64,000 nt of DNA from Candidatus Multivorans sp. (GCA_965224025.1 OZ245033.1:4128001-4192000); one strand, 5' to 3'. Positions 21,347-31,855 are shown, numbered from the stretch's first letter. Made by a program: numbers and translations. Notes: generated by a model not told the origin, from the sequence alone.

Positions 21347-22732
21347 ATGACCAGCGCTGCTTCAGGCAACCGGTTTCCGGAGGCCCTGGTGCTGATCTTC
21401 GCCATGATCGTGGCGGCGCAGGTCCTCACCTACGTCCTGCCTGCCGGCGAGTACGAACGCGATGGCCGGCAGGTGCTGGCCGGCACCTACCACGCCGTCG
21501 AGGCGGCTCCCCTGCCCTGGCACGCCGCCCTGACCAAGGTGCCCAGGGGCCTCGAGGCGGCGGCGGAGATCATCTTCTTCGTCTTCCTGGTCGGCGGCGC
21601 GATCGGGGTCATCCGCGCCACCGGCGCCATCGACGCCGCGATCGGCCGCGCGATACGGACCCTGGGAGCGAGGCCGATCCTGCTGGTCGGCGGGATGACG
21701 GCCCTGTTCGCCGTCGGTTCGTCGACGATCGGCATGGCCGAGGAGTACATGCCCTTCGTGCCCATCCTGGTCGCCATGTGCATCGCTCTGAAGATGGACG
21801 CGGTGGTCGCCCTGGGGATGGTCTACCTCGGCGCCGGCATCGGCTACGGAGCGGCGGCGATCAACCCGTTCACGGTGATGATCGCCAAGGACATCGCCGG
21901 CCAGGATCCGGGTACCGGTTTCGGACTCCGGTGGGCGCTGCTGGCGGTCATGCTCCTCGTCGCGGTCCACCACCTGCTCCGGTACGCGCGGCGAATCGCC
22001 GCCGATCCCAAACGGAGCCTGGTCCGGGACATCGACTACGGCGGCGGCCACGAACTGACGGCCGCCGAGCTGACGCCGGCGCGCCTCGGCATCCTCGCCG
22101 CGTTCGCCGCGATGATCGGCATCTTCATCTGGGGCGTGAACGTCCACGGCTGGTACCTGGTCGAACTCGCGGCCCTGTTCCTCGGCGTGACGATCATCGC
22201 CGCCGCCCTCGGCCGCGTGTCGCCGAACCGCACCGCGCGGGCGTTCACGACCGGCGCCGCCGAACTGACCGGCACCGCGCTCCTGATCGGTTTCGCGCGC
22301 ACGATCGAGGTCGTGCTCTCGGACGCGCGCGTCATCGACACCGTGATCCACGGCATCGCCTCGTTGCTGCAGAAAGCCGAGGGTCTGGGCGCGGGCGCCG
22401 CGGTCGTCTCGGCCTGGGGCATGCTCCTGGTCCAGAGCGTGTGCAACTTCCTGATCCCCTCGGGCAGCGGGCAGGCGTACGTGACGATGCCGATCATGGC
22501 GCCGCTCGCGGACCTCACCGGCGTCGGCCGCGAGACCTCGGTGCTCGCCTACCAGCTCGGTGACGGACTGATGAACCTGATCGTGCCGACGAACGCCCTG
22601 CTCATGGGCATGCTGCTCCTCGCCCGCATTCCCTACCAGCGCTGGCTGCGCTTCATCCTGCCTGCGGTCATCAAGCTCTACGTGGTGGCGTTCGCGGTGC
22701 TCGCGGTCACCGCCCTGATGCGCTTCGAGTAG
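21347..22732 (+). CDS. YfcC/DcuC-family transporter
   Basis: LPAGEYER, GMAEE, INPF, IPSGSGQA...MPIMAPLADL, AYQLGDG. Confidence 0.88.
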   Translation: MTSAASGNRFPEALVLIFAMIVAAQVLTYVLPAGEYERDGRQVLAGTYHAVEAAPLPWHAALTKVPRGLEAAAEIIFFVFLVGGAIGVIRATGAIDAAIGRAIRTLGARPILLVGGMTALFAVGSSTIGMAEEYMPFVPILVAMCIALKMDAVVALGMVYLGAGIGYGAAAINPFTVMIAKDIAGQDPGTGFGLRWALLAVMLLVAVHHLLRYARRIAADPKRSLVRDIDYGGGHELTAAELTPARLGILAAFAAMIGIFIWGVNVHGWYLVELAALFLGVTIIAAALGRVSPNRTARAFTTGAAELTGTALLIGFARTIEVVLSDARVIDTVIHGIASLLQKAEGLGAGAAVVSAWGMLLVQSVCNFLIPSGSGQAYVTMPIMAPLADLTGVGRETSVLAYQLGDGLMNLIVPTNALLMGMLLLARIPYQRWLRFILPAVIKLYVVAFAVLAVTALMRFE

Positions 22733-22769
22733 TCGCGCTCCCGGCCCGCGGCCTTCCCCCGCGCGGCGG

Positions 22770-23621
22770 CTACAGGTTCAGTTTCGCCGGCAGGTAGCGG
22801 TCGATCAGGCCTTGGTAGTAGGGACGCAGTTCCGGCGCCCGCGGGGGCCCGCCGCTCTTGGAGTACAGGTCGTAGTTGTTGAACAACCGCACCCAGGCGA
22901 ACATCTCGCGATCGCGCGCGGTCATCAACTCGCGGTACGCGCCTTCGCGGTGGCAGGCGTAGAACGAGTGGTAGCGAATCACGTACAGCGCCGGCTCGGG
23001 CAGGCAGTCGCGGAGCACCTGGTACAGGTACTCGTCGTGCCCCCAGGACAGGTCGACGCGGTCCAGGCCGCAGCCCGCTTCGTAGACGCCGAGGGGCGTG
23101 GAGTAGGTCGGATTCATGCTGTCCGGGTTGGCGGCAAACAACTCCGGATACACGACCCGGTCGGAGAACGCGCAGCCGACTGGAAACGTGTCGCCGACCA
23201 CGGCCCATTGCGGCTCGCCCCACAGGCAAAGCACCTTGCCCAGATCGTGAAGCAGCCCGGTCAAGACGAACCAATCCGGGTGTCCGTCGGCGCGGATCGC
23301 CTCGGCGGTCTGCAGCAGGTGGTCGAGTTGCGACAGGTCGAGGTCCGGATCGGAGTCGTCGACCAGGGTGTTGAGGAACTCGAGCGCCTCCCACGCAGAC
23401 AGTTCCGCCCGGTCGAGAGTGAGGTACTCCGCCTTCTTCCGCTGAACGAAGTTCCAGGTCTGACCACGGTGATTCAGGCGATAGAACTCCCGCACCGTGT
23501 CGCGGGGCGGCTCGTCGAAGTCCCGGTAGTCCTCGCGGCGTTTTCCGCCGGCCTCCGCCGGTTCCGGGTAGAGTTCCGCCACGAAGTCGTCCCAGTCGTC
23601 GAGTCGATCGAACGGCGCCAC
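22770..23621 (-). CDS. myo-inositol oxygenase (MIOX family, HD di-iron)
   Basis: [50 protein letters not shown]; GTG start 7 nt after TAGCGT. Confidence 0.9.
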   Translation of the reverse strand: MAPFDRLDDWDDFVAELYPEPAEAGGKRREDYRDFDEPPRDTVREFYRLNHRGQTWNFVQRKKAEYLTLDRAELSAWEALEFLNTLVDDSDPDLDLSQLDHLLQTAEAIRADGHPDWFVLTGLLHDLGKVLCLWGEPQWAVVGDTFPVGCAFSDRVVYPELFAANPDSMNPTYSTPLGVYEAGCGLDRVDLSWGHDEYLYQVLRDCLPEPALYVIRYHSFYACHREGAYRELMTARDREMFAWVRLFNNYDLYSKSGGPPRAPELRPYYQGLIDRYLPAKLNL

Positions 23622-23691
23622 GGGCGGTACGCTAGCAGTCACACGCTGTTGGCAGCGTCGACACACACCAGTCCAGGAACCGGGAAGAACG

Positions 23692-24060
23692 ATGTCCTAT
23701 CTCGCCTACAAGCTGCTGCACGTGCTCGGAGTGCTGCTCGTCCTGGCAGCGGCCGGCGGCGTCGCCGTCCACGCCGCGACGGGGGGTCGGCGTGAGGACA
23801 ACGATCTACGCGGCGTCCTCGCTTCGATGCACGGCGTCGGCCTGATCCTGAGTGTCGTCACCGGCTTCGGGCTGTTAGCCAGGCTCGGAGCAGGTATGCC
23901 GCCCACATGGGCGTGGGCAAAGCTCGTCATCTGGCTGTTCTTCGGGGCCGCGCTCACCCTGCCCTACCGCAATACCTCGTTGGCCAGGGCGTTGGTCGTC
24001 GCGCTGCCGCTACTCGCCGCGATCGCGTCCTACCTCGCGATGTACAAGCCCTTCCAGTAG
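23692..24060 (+). CDS. Small four-TM membrane protein (SirB2-like)
   Basis: YKLLH...HGVGL...GFGLLARLG...WAWAKLVIW...YKPF. Confidence 0.7.
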   Translation: MSYLAYKLLHVLGVLLVLAAAGGVAVHAATGGRREDNDLRGVLASMHGVGLILSVVTGFGLLARLGAGMPPTWAWAKLVIWLFFGAALTLPYRNTSLARALVVALPLLAAIASYLAMYKPFQ

Positions 24061-24430
24061 CCTGCGCGACCGAAACGAATCGGCCGGTTCCGTAGCGCCC
24101 GACGACGCTCGTTTCGAGGGGCGAATCGGGGCATTCCGCGCCGGTCACGTCGTGGTCAGAAACTGGTCAGGCCGATATCCGCTAGCGATTGCAAGAATGT
24201 CCTCCAAATCGAACCAGCCGGGGAATCCGACCAAAACCCCGGTTGTTTCCTTTCGTACACAAGGTCGGGTTCGTGCCCTAAAGGGGCAAGGTACGGATCC
24301 GATCGGCGCCGGGCGGAGCGAGCGTGTCGCACCGCCCGGCGCCACCTTTCCTATCCTCGACCGTGATGTCCGAGGAGTGCAGCGTGATCTCGGTGCGGCG
24401 CGGAGCCGGCGCCGGATCAAGCGCCGCGGC

Positions 24431-25327
24431 TCAGAGGAAGACGCATGTGGGGCACTCCCCCGCATCCTGAGCAAGCCTGCGGTCCGCTTCGCACTGGTAG
24501 ACGGGCTGCGCCGAACGTTCCGCCCGCTCATCGCCGCCCAGCATCACCTCCCGCTTCCACTCGTCGTCATCCGACCAGCGGAAGGGCAGCATCTTCACCG
24601 CCCCTGGCGTATCCAACTCCTGGAAGGCGGCGAGCGATGCGCCAACGATCTTCCTCTGCAGGCCGGCATCCAGCGGCTTGCCCGTCGTGTGACCCAACGG
24701 ATAGTCGAGAAACGCGGCGCGGGGCGGATTGACGGATCGCGTGATCGAGAGCGCCGAACTCATCGACAGGGTCGGAATGCCGTCCGCCTCGACGCGGCGC
24801 GCTGTCAGTCCCACGGACTGATGGCAGACCGGTCAGGTGGGGACCAGCAACGCCAGGTCGACCTGGTCCGCTACCAACCGGCGGCTGATCTCCGGCGCCA
24901 GAGTGTCCCGCACCCTGCGCGCCGAGTAGATGCCGCCCATGAACGCGTACGCGAGCGGCGACACGTCCCCGATCACGCCGTCCGCTGCCAGAGCGCGCAG
25001 GGTGTCGACGGGAAAGACGACGTTCGGGTCGATCCGGGCGTCCATCTGGTCGTAGGCAAAGTGGCTCGTCCGCAGTTCCGCGGCCGGCACACTGGCGTCG
25101 ATGACCCGCAGCGAGATGTCGTCGCGATGGTGGAAGGCGATCTGTCCCGTCCGGTACACGCCGCCCGACGCCACCAATCCGACCCGGCACTCCTCAAGCG
25201 GCTTCGCCAGCCGGGTCCAAGGCGGCGGGGCCTCGCTGCGAACCCATCGGTAGGGTCCGTGTCCCAGACTCGAGTAAAGGTCGCGTGTGCGGACGATGTG
25301 GTCGACCGGCGGTCTTCGTGTTCTCAT
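24431..25327 (-). CDS. Selenoprotein of the glycine/sarcosine/betaine/D-proline reductase B family (PrdB-like), Sec at TGA 24833-24835
   Basis: ORFs 24833-25441 and 24431-24814 are in frame through TGA giving LLVPT-U-PVCHQSVGL (UxxC); DPNVVFP, EADGIPT, PPRAAFLDYPLG motifs. Confidence 0.88.
24805..24821 (-). promoter_or_regulatory. Bacterial SECIS-like hairpin
   Basis: TCAGTCC-GTG-GGACTGA stem starting 11 nt 3' of the UGA, with G in the loop. Confidence 0.7.
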
Positions 25328-25401
25328 GCTCCCGATTCTGCCCTCTAGCAGCCCATGGCAGAAGTCGCGCTGCATTCGAGCGACGATAGGATGCCAGCCG
25401 C

Positions 25402-25887
25402 ATGAGCACCGAGAGCCGGCGACCGAGGGAGCGCGGTCCAAACCCTGAGGGCGGTCCCGAACCCGAACGGATCGACCGGACCGAGTCCGAGTGGCGCACC
25501 CGCCTCGCCGACGCCGAGTACCGCGTCCTGCGCAAGGAAGCGACCGAACCGGCCTTCACTTCGCCACTCAACGGCGAGCACCGGGAAGGCGTCTTCGTGT
25601 GCGCCGGGTGCGGCGCCGAACTGTTCGGGGCCGACTCGAAGTACGACAGCGGCACCGGCTGGCCGAGCTTCTCCGACTCGATGCCCGGCGCGGTCGAAAC
25701 GAAACGGGACTTCAAGCTGTTCGTGCCGCGCACCGAGTACCACTGCGCCCGCTGCGGCGGACACCAGGGGCACGTCTTCCGCGACGGTCCGGCGCCAACG
25801 GGCCTGCGCTACTGCAACAACGGCGTCGCCCTGCGCTTCCGCCCAACCGCGGAAGACGGCCGCCCGGCCAAGGATCCCGCCCCATGA
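25402..25887 (+). CDS. msrB: Peptide-methionine (R)-S-oxide reductase
   Basis: CAGC and CARC Zn ligands, SGTGWPSF, RTE, GHQGHVF, RYCNNG. Confidence 0.96.
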   Translation: MSTESRRPRERGPNPEGGPEPERIDRTESEWRTRLADAEYRVLRKEATEPAFTSPLNGEHREGVFVCAGCGAELFGADSKYDSGTGWPSFSDSMPGAVETKRDFKLFVPRTEYHCARCGGHQGHVFRDGPAPTGLRYCNNGVALRFRPTAEDGRPAKDPAP

Positions 25888-25957
25888 GCGTGCGCCGAAG
25901 AACATGGCGTGCGCCGATCTTCCTGCCGCGCACGCTGCTAGCCAAGGAGGACTGAAC

Positions 25958-27571
25958 ATGTCGACCACCCTGAACACCCGCCTGGCCGCCGCCGGGGTCT
26001 CAACCGCCCTCGCACTGATGCTGGCCTGCAGCGGCGGCGAGTCGGTCGAGCCACTGACCTCGACGGTGGCGACGGAACTCGGCATCGTCGAGGGCACCGA
26101 GCTCGACTCCCGAATCCTCAAGTTCAGCGGCATCCCCTACGCCGCACCCCCGGTCGGCGACCTTCGCTGGCAGGCGCCCCAACCAGCCGCTTCCTGGGAG
26201 GGCGCCCGCGACGCGACCCGGTTCTCCCCAACCTGCTGGCAGCCACTGTCTCCCCCAGGCTCGTTCTATGATGCCGGCGAGATCGAACGCAGCGAAGACT
26301 GCCTCTACCTGAACGTCTGGACCGGCGCCGAACACGCCAGCGCCGCGCTCCCCGTCATGGTCTGGATCCACGGCGGCGGACTCCAGACAGGCTCAGGCAG
26401 CACTTCGCTCTACGACGGCGAGAGTCTGGCCGGCCGGGGCGTGGTCCTGGTCACGATCAACTACCGCCTCGGGCCGATGGGTTTCATGGCCCACCCGGAA
26501 CTGTCGGTGGAGGCCGAGTCCGGCGTTTCCGGCAACTACGGCATCCTCGATCAGGTCGCCGCGCTCCAGTGGGTGCAGGCGAACATCGCCCACTTCGGCG
26601 GCGATCCGGGCCGGGTGACGATCTTCGGTGAGTCCGCCGGCTCCTGGAGCGTGAACTACCTGACCGCGACACCTCTAGCGGCAGGCCTGTTCCACCGCGC
26701 GATCGGCCACAGCGGCGGCATCTTCTGGCCCATGCCGCAGCTTGCGGACGCGGAGTCGGAGGGCGCTCGCGTCGCTGAGCGGCTCGGCGCAAGCGACCTC
26801 ATGGCACTGCGCGCCGCTTCCGTCGAGGAGGTCTATCAAGCGGCCAGTGAGTCTGACGCGCTCCGGTTCGTCGGCGTGAACGACGGCCGGGTGTTCCCGC
26901 GCGACATCTACGACATCTTCGCGGCCGGCGAGCAGAACGACGTCGACACGATCGTGGGCTTCAACAGCGACGAGGGCACGGCCCTGTTCGCCGGCGCCGG
27001 CGACCTCACGGTCGCCGACTATCGCCAGTCGCTCGAGGACGCCTACGGCGAGCACGTCGACGCGATGTCCGCGGTCTACCCCGCCGAGACCGACGAGCAG
27101 GCGCGGGTGGCCGCCTACGAGAACACGGCCGACAACTATTTCGCCTGGCAGATGCGGACCTGGGCCCAGTTGCAGAGCAGCACCGGCGCAAGACCCGTGC
27201 GGATGTACTACTTCTCCCGCGTCCCGCCATGGGACGAAGCCGAGACCTACGGCTCGTACCACGCGGCGGAGATCATCTACGCATTCGACAATCTCCACAC
27301 GAGCGCGGCCGTCCGCGACGAGATCGGACCGTTCAACCACGCGTGGGACGACACCGACCGGGCGCTCGCCAGCACCATGGCCGACTACTGGGTGAACTTC
27401 GCCGCCACTGGCGACCCGAACGGCGACGGGCGCCCCGACTGGCCGGTTTACGACCCTGAGGCCGACGGAGTGCTCGAACTGGGCGACACGATCGGCGTCA
27501 TTCAGGGCCTGCTCAAGGATCGTCTCGACGCCTTCGACGCCTACTACGAAGACCTGCGCAGCGGCGGCTGA
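25958..27571 (+). CDS. Carboxylesterase type B lipoprotein
   Basis: Lipobox MLAC, GIPYAAPPVGDLRW, SEDCLYLNVW, HGGG, GESAG; GGAGG SD. Confidence 0.92.
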   Translation: MSTTLNTRLAAAGVSTALALMLACSGGESVEPLTSTVATELGIVEGTELDSRILKFSGIPYAAPPVGDLRWQAPQPAASWEGARDATRFSPTCWQPLSPPGSFYDAGEIERSEDCLYLNVWTGAEHASAALPVMVWIHGGGLQTGSGSTSLYDGESLAGRGVVLVTINYRLGPMGFMAHPELSVEAESGVSGNYGILDQVAALQWVQANIAHFGGDPGRVTIFGESAGSWSVNYLTATPLAAGLFHRAIGHSGGIFWPMPQLADAESEGARVAERLGASDLMALRAASVEEVYQAASESDALRFVGVNDGRVFPRDIYDIFAAGEQNDVDTIVGFNSDEGTALFAGAGDLTVADYRQSLEDAYGEHVDAMSAVYPAETDEQARVAAYENTADNYFAWQMRTWAQLQSSTGARPVRMYYFSRVPPWDEAETYGSYHAAEIIYAFDNLHTSAAVRDEIGPFNHAWDDTDRALASTMADYWVNFAATGDPNGDGRPDWPVYDPEADGVLELGDTIGVIQGLLKDRLDAFDAYYEDLRSGG

Positions 27572-27858
27572 AGACCGGGCGCAGCCCAGAACGTCGCAAT
27601 CGCGTTGAGCGGGGAACCGATGCCGCCCGGCACCCGGACCGGCGCCGCCGTGAGCAGGAAGTCCCACGGCCCGAGTCGGGCTGCCACCTCCCGGAAGGGA
27701 AAAAAACTCTAGCATCGCGCCGCGCCGGACGTGCTCTTTATGCTAGCCTGCCGCTCTTTAGGCAGTGGGTGCAGAGCTCACGCAGCGAACCAGGATGCGC
27801 CTGTCGTTCTCGAGCGTTGATTGATGTGGAACCCCGGAGCCGAGAACAGGAGCAGCAG

Positions 27859-28122
27859 ATGGCAACGAGAATCTATGTGGGCAACCTGCCCTTCGACACG
27901 ACGGAAGAGGCGGTGACCAACCTCTTCTCCTCACACGGCGAGGTTTCCGAAGTCTCGCTGATCAACGACCGCGAGACCGGTCGCCCGCGGGGTTTCGGTT
28001 TCGTCGAGATGGCGAGCGGCGGCCAGGAGGCGATTGCAGCGCTCGACCAGCAGCAGTTCGGCGGCCGGACCCTCCGCGTCAACGAGGCCAGACCCCGTGA
28101 GGAGCGCCGGCCCCGCTGGTAG
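27859..28122 (+). CDS. RRM (RNP-1) RNA-binding protein
   Basis: RNP2 IYVGNL, RNP1 RGFGFVEM, LRVNEARPR; AGGAG SD. Confidence 0.95.
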   Translation: MATRIYVGNLPFDTTEEAVTNLFSSHGEVSEVSLINDRETGRPRGFGFVEMASGGQEAIAALDQQQFGGRTLRVNEARPREERRPRW

Positions 28123-28130
28123 CGCGGCGC

Positions 28131-28859
28131 CTACATCACCGGGTTGTAGTACTGGGCCACGGCGAGATCGGGCTGAGGGGAGGCCTTCAGCTCGAGGATC
28201 TCGTCGCGCGCGCCGCCCTTGGTCATCTTGAAGGAGGCGTTCACGCGCTCCGGCGCGTCCCAGAGCACGACCGCGAACTCGCCGTTCTTCTCGATCGAGC
28301 CGGTCGCCGAGAAGTCGCCGTCCCCTGACGTGATGGTGACTTCGCCGCCGCCCTTGGCCGGCTTGCCCCGCTTGTCCTCGACCCGGCCTACAAGCACGGT
28401 ACGAACGCCTTCGGCCTCCATCGACTCACCCTCCCGGAAGAGGATCGGGTAGATCTGTTGGACTCCGTCGCGCCGCACCGCGACGCGCACGACCACGGAA
28501 CGGTAGCCGTTGCGCTCGAAAGTGATGCGCAGCACGATCCCTTCGTAGTCCTCGCGGCTGTAGATACGAGCCATGTTGCGCAGCACGTACAACCCGGTCT
28601 TGCGCCCCTTGGCGCGCAGCCTGTGCGCTGGCGCATTGTCGTTCTGCAACCAGATATCCACATCGGGCAGCGGATTGCCGCTCGAGTCGAGGATCCTGCC
28701 GAACACGCGCGTGTTGTCCCGGCCGCCAACCGCGCCGGTGACGTCGCCGCCACGCAGGTCGCCGCCCACGTTGACCGGGCCCGGGTCCTGGGCCGGCACC
28801 GGGCCGGCGACGAACAGCGTTGGAACGAGCAGCAGCGGAAACAGAAGTCTCTTCGTCAT
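28131..28859 (-). CDS. Secreted protein with carboxypeptidase-regulatory-like beta-sandwich domains
   Basis: Signal peptide, GRILDSSGNPLPDV and GRVEDKRGKP repeats; GGAGG SD. Confidence 0.7.
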   Translation of the reverse strand: MTKRLLFPLLLVPTLFVAGPVPAQDPGPVNVGGDLRGGDVTGAVGGRDNTRVFGRILDSSGNPLPDVDIWLQNDNAPAHRLRAKGRKTGLYVLRNMARIYSREDYEGIVLRITFERNGYRSVVVRVAVRRDGVQQIYPILFREGESMEAEGVRTVLVGRVEDKRGKPAKGGGEVTITSGDGDFSATGSIEKNGEFAVVLWDAPERVNASFKMTKGGARDEILELKASPQPDLAVAQYYNPVM

Positions 28860-29012
28860 CTCGTGGCGCCTCCGAGGCGAGTGTCAGTGAGGGACGATAG
28901 CCGGCAATAGCAGGCAAGGGAGTCTATCAACGCGTCTGCCGAACATCACGACCAGGAAACGCGCCCCCACAAGGGCGGCCGGAGGCGTACCCGGCGACGT
29001 TAGGATGACCCC

Positions 29013-30395
29013 ATGCCGCCACCCGAACAGGATCCGGCTGCGCGGCCGCGGCTGCGGCAGATGCTGGCAGCGGCTGCGATCGGCGTCGCGGCGGCACTGC
29101 TCGTCCTCAGGTGGACGGCGCCCGACGAGCCCACGGCGATCGCAGATGATCCGGCCGGCGTCACCCCACCGCCCTTGCCGCCAAGGCCGGAACCGACGCC
29201 CATCGCGCCACTGCCGGCTCAGCTTAGCGAGGCGCTCGATCTGATGGCGGAAGGCAGACTGCGCGAGGCTCAGCGCCTGATGCTGGATTTCAGCCGCGGA
29301 CCGGGCGCCAAGGCGCTGCCGTCCGAGCATCGCGAAACAATGACGGCGATGCTCGCGAGGCTCGCGAACGACCGGGTCCTGGCCGCCGCCGTGGAACTGG
29401 AGAGGGGCTTCGAAGACGCGGACCTGTTCCGTCTGCGCCTCACGCTGGGCGCTCTGACGCGACGGCAGATGATCGGCCTGCGGCGTGATCCGCAAGCGGC
29501 TCGCCGCGTCAACGACGCGCGTCGGCTGGCAGCCGAAGTGGACGCGATCGAAGCCCGTCTGGGCAGCGACCGCCTGGCGGCCCTGCGTCTGGCTCTGGAC
29601 TTCCGGCGCCGCCACCCGCGGTTCGCAGCAGGCCTCGACTTCGAACGCCGCGCCGCCGCGACCATCGACGAAACGGCCGGTCGGTTGATCGCGGCGGACC
29701 GCCTCGACGAGGCGAGGGCACTGCTGGTGGAACTCAAGGCGCTGCGCGGCGCCCAGGCGGGCGAGAGCCCCGGCGTCGAGGCCAAGCTGGCAACCATCGA
29801 AGAGGCATTCCAGCGGCGCAACGATCTGGACGCCACGGTCCGCGAGATCGAGGCCCTGGGCTGGGAACGGCCGCACGAGGCGCTGGAGCTCCTGGCCGGG
29901 ATGGAGCGGACGCCGAAGAACCGTGACCGTTTCGCGCAGTTGGAATCGACCCTGACCATGCTGATGGAGGACCTCGACGAGAGTGAACCGGAAGTGGAGA
30001 TTCTGCTCCCGGGACGCCCGGCGGAGGCTCAGGTCGTGTACGAGAGGGACAAGGATGTCGTTGTACGGGTAAGCGCCAGGGACGACTACGAGGTGGTCTC
30101 GGTGCGGTTCTTCTGGCGCTGGTTCGACAACCACCGCACGGGTGACGTCGTCGAGGCGACCCTCCGGCCGGCGACCGGAACTCCGTCGGCGGAGTCGACG
30201 GCCGCGGCCGGCGCGAAGACAGCCGAGGTGGAGTTCGAAGCCACGATCACCGCCGCCGAACACCAGGGCAGGAACCTGCAGTTGTGGGCCGAGGCGGCGG
30301 ACCGCGGCGGGCGCGCCACAAGAAGCGCCGAAAGCGAACTGGCGCCGAAGAGGCGCGGCTTCCTTCGGCGCCTCGGCCTGCGCCGTGACGGATGA
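29013..30395 (+). CDS. Hypothetical membrane-anchored helical-repeat protein with C-terminal beta domain
   Basis: N-terminal TM, Pro-rich spacer, TPR-like helices, V-x-A-x-D-D motif. Confidence 0.65.
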   Translation: MPPPEQDPAARPRLRQMLAAAAIGVAAALLVLRWTAPDEPTAIADDPAGVTPPPLPPRPEPTPIAPLPAQLSEALDLMAEGRLREAQRLMLDFSRGPGAKALPSEHRETMTAMLARLANDRVLAAAVELERGFEDADLFRLRLTLGALTRRQMIGLRRDPQAARRVNDARRLAAEVDAIEARLGSDRLAALRLALDFRRRHPRFAAGLDFERRAAATIDETAGRLIAADRLDEARALLVELKALRGAQAGESPGVEAKLATIEEAFQRRNDLDATVREIEALGWERPHEALELLAGMERTPKNRDRFAQLESTLTMLMEDLDESEPEVEILLPGRPAEAQVVYERDKDVVVRVSARDDYEVVSVRFFWRWFDNHRTGDVVEATLRPATGTPSAESTAAAGAKTAEVEFEATITAAEHQGRNLQLWAEAADRGGRATRSAESELAPKRRGFLRRLGLRRDG

Positions 30396-30517
30396 GCCGG
30401 GCCATAAGGCGCGGCTTCCTTCGGTGCCTCGGCCTGCGCCGTGACGGATGAGCCGCGCCACAAGGCGCGGCTTGCCGAGGCGGCTCGGGCTGCGCCGCGA
30501 CCGATGAGCCGCGCCAC
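30351..30517 (+). repeat. Three 56-bp tandem hairpin repeats overlapping a stop codon
   Basis: Units start at 30351, 30407 and 30463; each reads GGCGCGGCT...AGCCG(C/G)GCC. Confidence 0.85.
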
Positions 30518-30577
30518 TGGGAAGCCGTTGAGTTCATGTCACTTAGCGGCGCCGTGGGCGCTGGTATGATGCCCCGC

Positions 30578-31834
30578 GTGTCGGACGGTTCCAGTACGGG
30601 CAACGGGGACTTTGAGGCGCCGGGCGCCCTGGCTGCGATCCCTCAACATCCGGTCGAGACGACGGACCGGGACTTTCTCGGTCTGGGCCTGGAACCGGCG
30701 GTTCTGGAGGTAGTAGCCCGTATCGGCTTCGAGCACCCGACTCCAATCCAGGCCGCGGTGATCCCGGACGCGATCGACGGCAAGGACCTGATCGGCCTCG
30801 CCGAAACCGGCTCGGGCAAGACGGCCGCCTTCGTGCTGCCGATCGTGCAGCGCCTGCGCCGCGGCAGCGGCGTGCGCGCCCTGATCGTCTCTCCAACCCG
30901 GGAGATCGCCCTGCAGACGAAGGCCTTCCTGGACCTGTTCCGCAAGAGCCGGCTGAGCGTGAACTCCGCCTGCCTGATCGGCGGCGTGAAGATCGGCCCG
31001 CAGTTCGACCAGTTGCGCACCGACCCCGACGTGCTCGTGGTCACGCCCGGACGGCTGCTGGACCACGTAGAGCGGCGCACGGCGAGCCTGAGTGGGGTCG
31101 AGGAACTGGTCCTGGACGAGGCCGACCACATGCTCGACCTCGGGTTCATGCCCCAGATTCAACGCATCGTGAGCCAACTGCCGAAGCAGCGGCACACGAT
31201 GCTCTTCTCGGCCACGATGCCGCCGCCCATCGAACGTCTGGCGCAGCGCTACATGAAGGATCCGCTGCGCATCGACCTGTCGCCGAAGGGGGCCGCGTCG
31301 GGGATCGAGCACCGGCTCTACCTGGTCGACGAGAGGGACAAGAAGCGCTGCGCCCTGGCCCTGCTCGACAAGGTGCCCGGTTCGACCCTGGCGTTCACCA
31401 AGCGCAGGTCGGACGCCGAGTGGCTCTGCCGGGTCCTGGAGCGCGGCGACCACAGCGTCGCGCGCATCCACTCCGACCGCTCGCAGAGCCACCGGGTCGC
31501 GGCTCTGGAGAGCTTCCGCGCCGGCCGCCACCGTATCCTCGTGGCGACGAACATCGCGGCCCGCGGCATCGACGTCCAAGGCATCGAGCACATCCTGAAC
31601 TACGACCTCCCCGACACGGCCGAGGACTACATCCACCGCGCCGGCCGCACTGCCCGCGGTGCCGCGGAAGGCGTCGTGTCGTCGATCGGAACCTGGCTCG
31701 ACAAGTCCCTGATCAGGCAGATCGAGACCGCGCTCGGACACCCTCTGCCCCGCTGCGAGGCGGAGGGCGTGGACCCCTACCGCGAGCTGCGTTCCCTCAA
31801 GGAGCGCCGCCGGCGTTCCATTCTGCGCCGGTAG
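30578..31834 (+). CDS. DEAD-box RNA helicase (RhlE-like)
   Basis: Q motif, AETGSGKT, PTREIA, TPGRL, DEAD, SAT, HRAGRTAR; GTG start 7 nt after TATGAT. Confidence 0.93.
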   Translation: MSDGSSTGNGDFEAPGALAAIPQHPVETTDRDFLGLGLEPAVLEVVARIGFEHPTPIQAAVIPDAIDGKDLIGLAETGSGKTAAFVLPIVQRLRRGSGVRALIVSPTREIALQTKAFLDLFRKSRLSVNSACLIGGVKIGPQFDQLRTDPDVLVVTPGRLLDHVERRTASLSGVEELVLDEADHMLDLGFMPQIQRIVSQLPKQRHTMLFSATMPPPIERLAQRYMKDPLRIDLSPKGAASGIEHRLYLVDERDKKRCALALLDKVPGSTLAFTKRRSDAEWLCRVLERGDHSVARIHSDRSQSHRVAALESFRAGRHRILVATNIAARGIDVQGIEHILNYDLPDTAEDYIHRAGRTARGAAEGVVSSIGTWLDKSLIRQIETALGHPLPRCEAEGVDPYRELRSLKERRRRSILRR

Positions 31835-31855
31835 TCCCAGCGGCAGCAGCCGACC

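Noticed and set aside
24061-24430. 370-bp gap between convergent genes with short hairpins and an AT-richer patch
   Set aside because: No recognisable RNA family, repeat copy or credible ORF
30351-30517. CRISPR-like periodicity
   Set aside because: Whole 56-bp units repeat with no unique spacers and there are no cas genes; no CRISPR array was seen in the window
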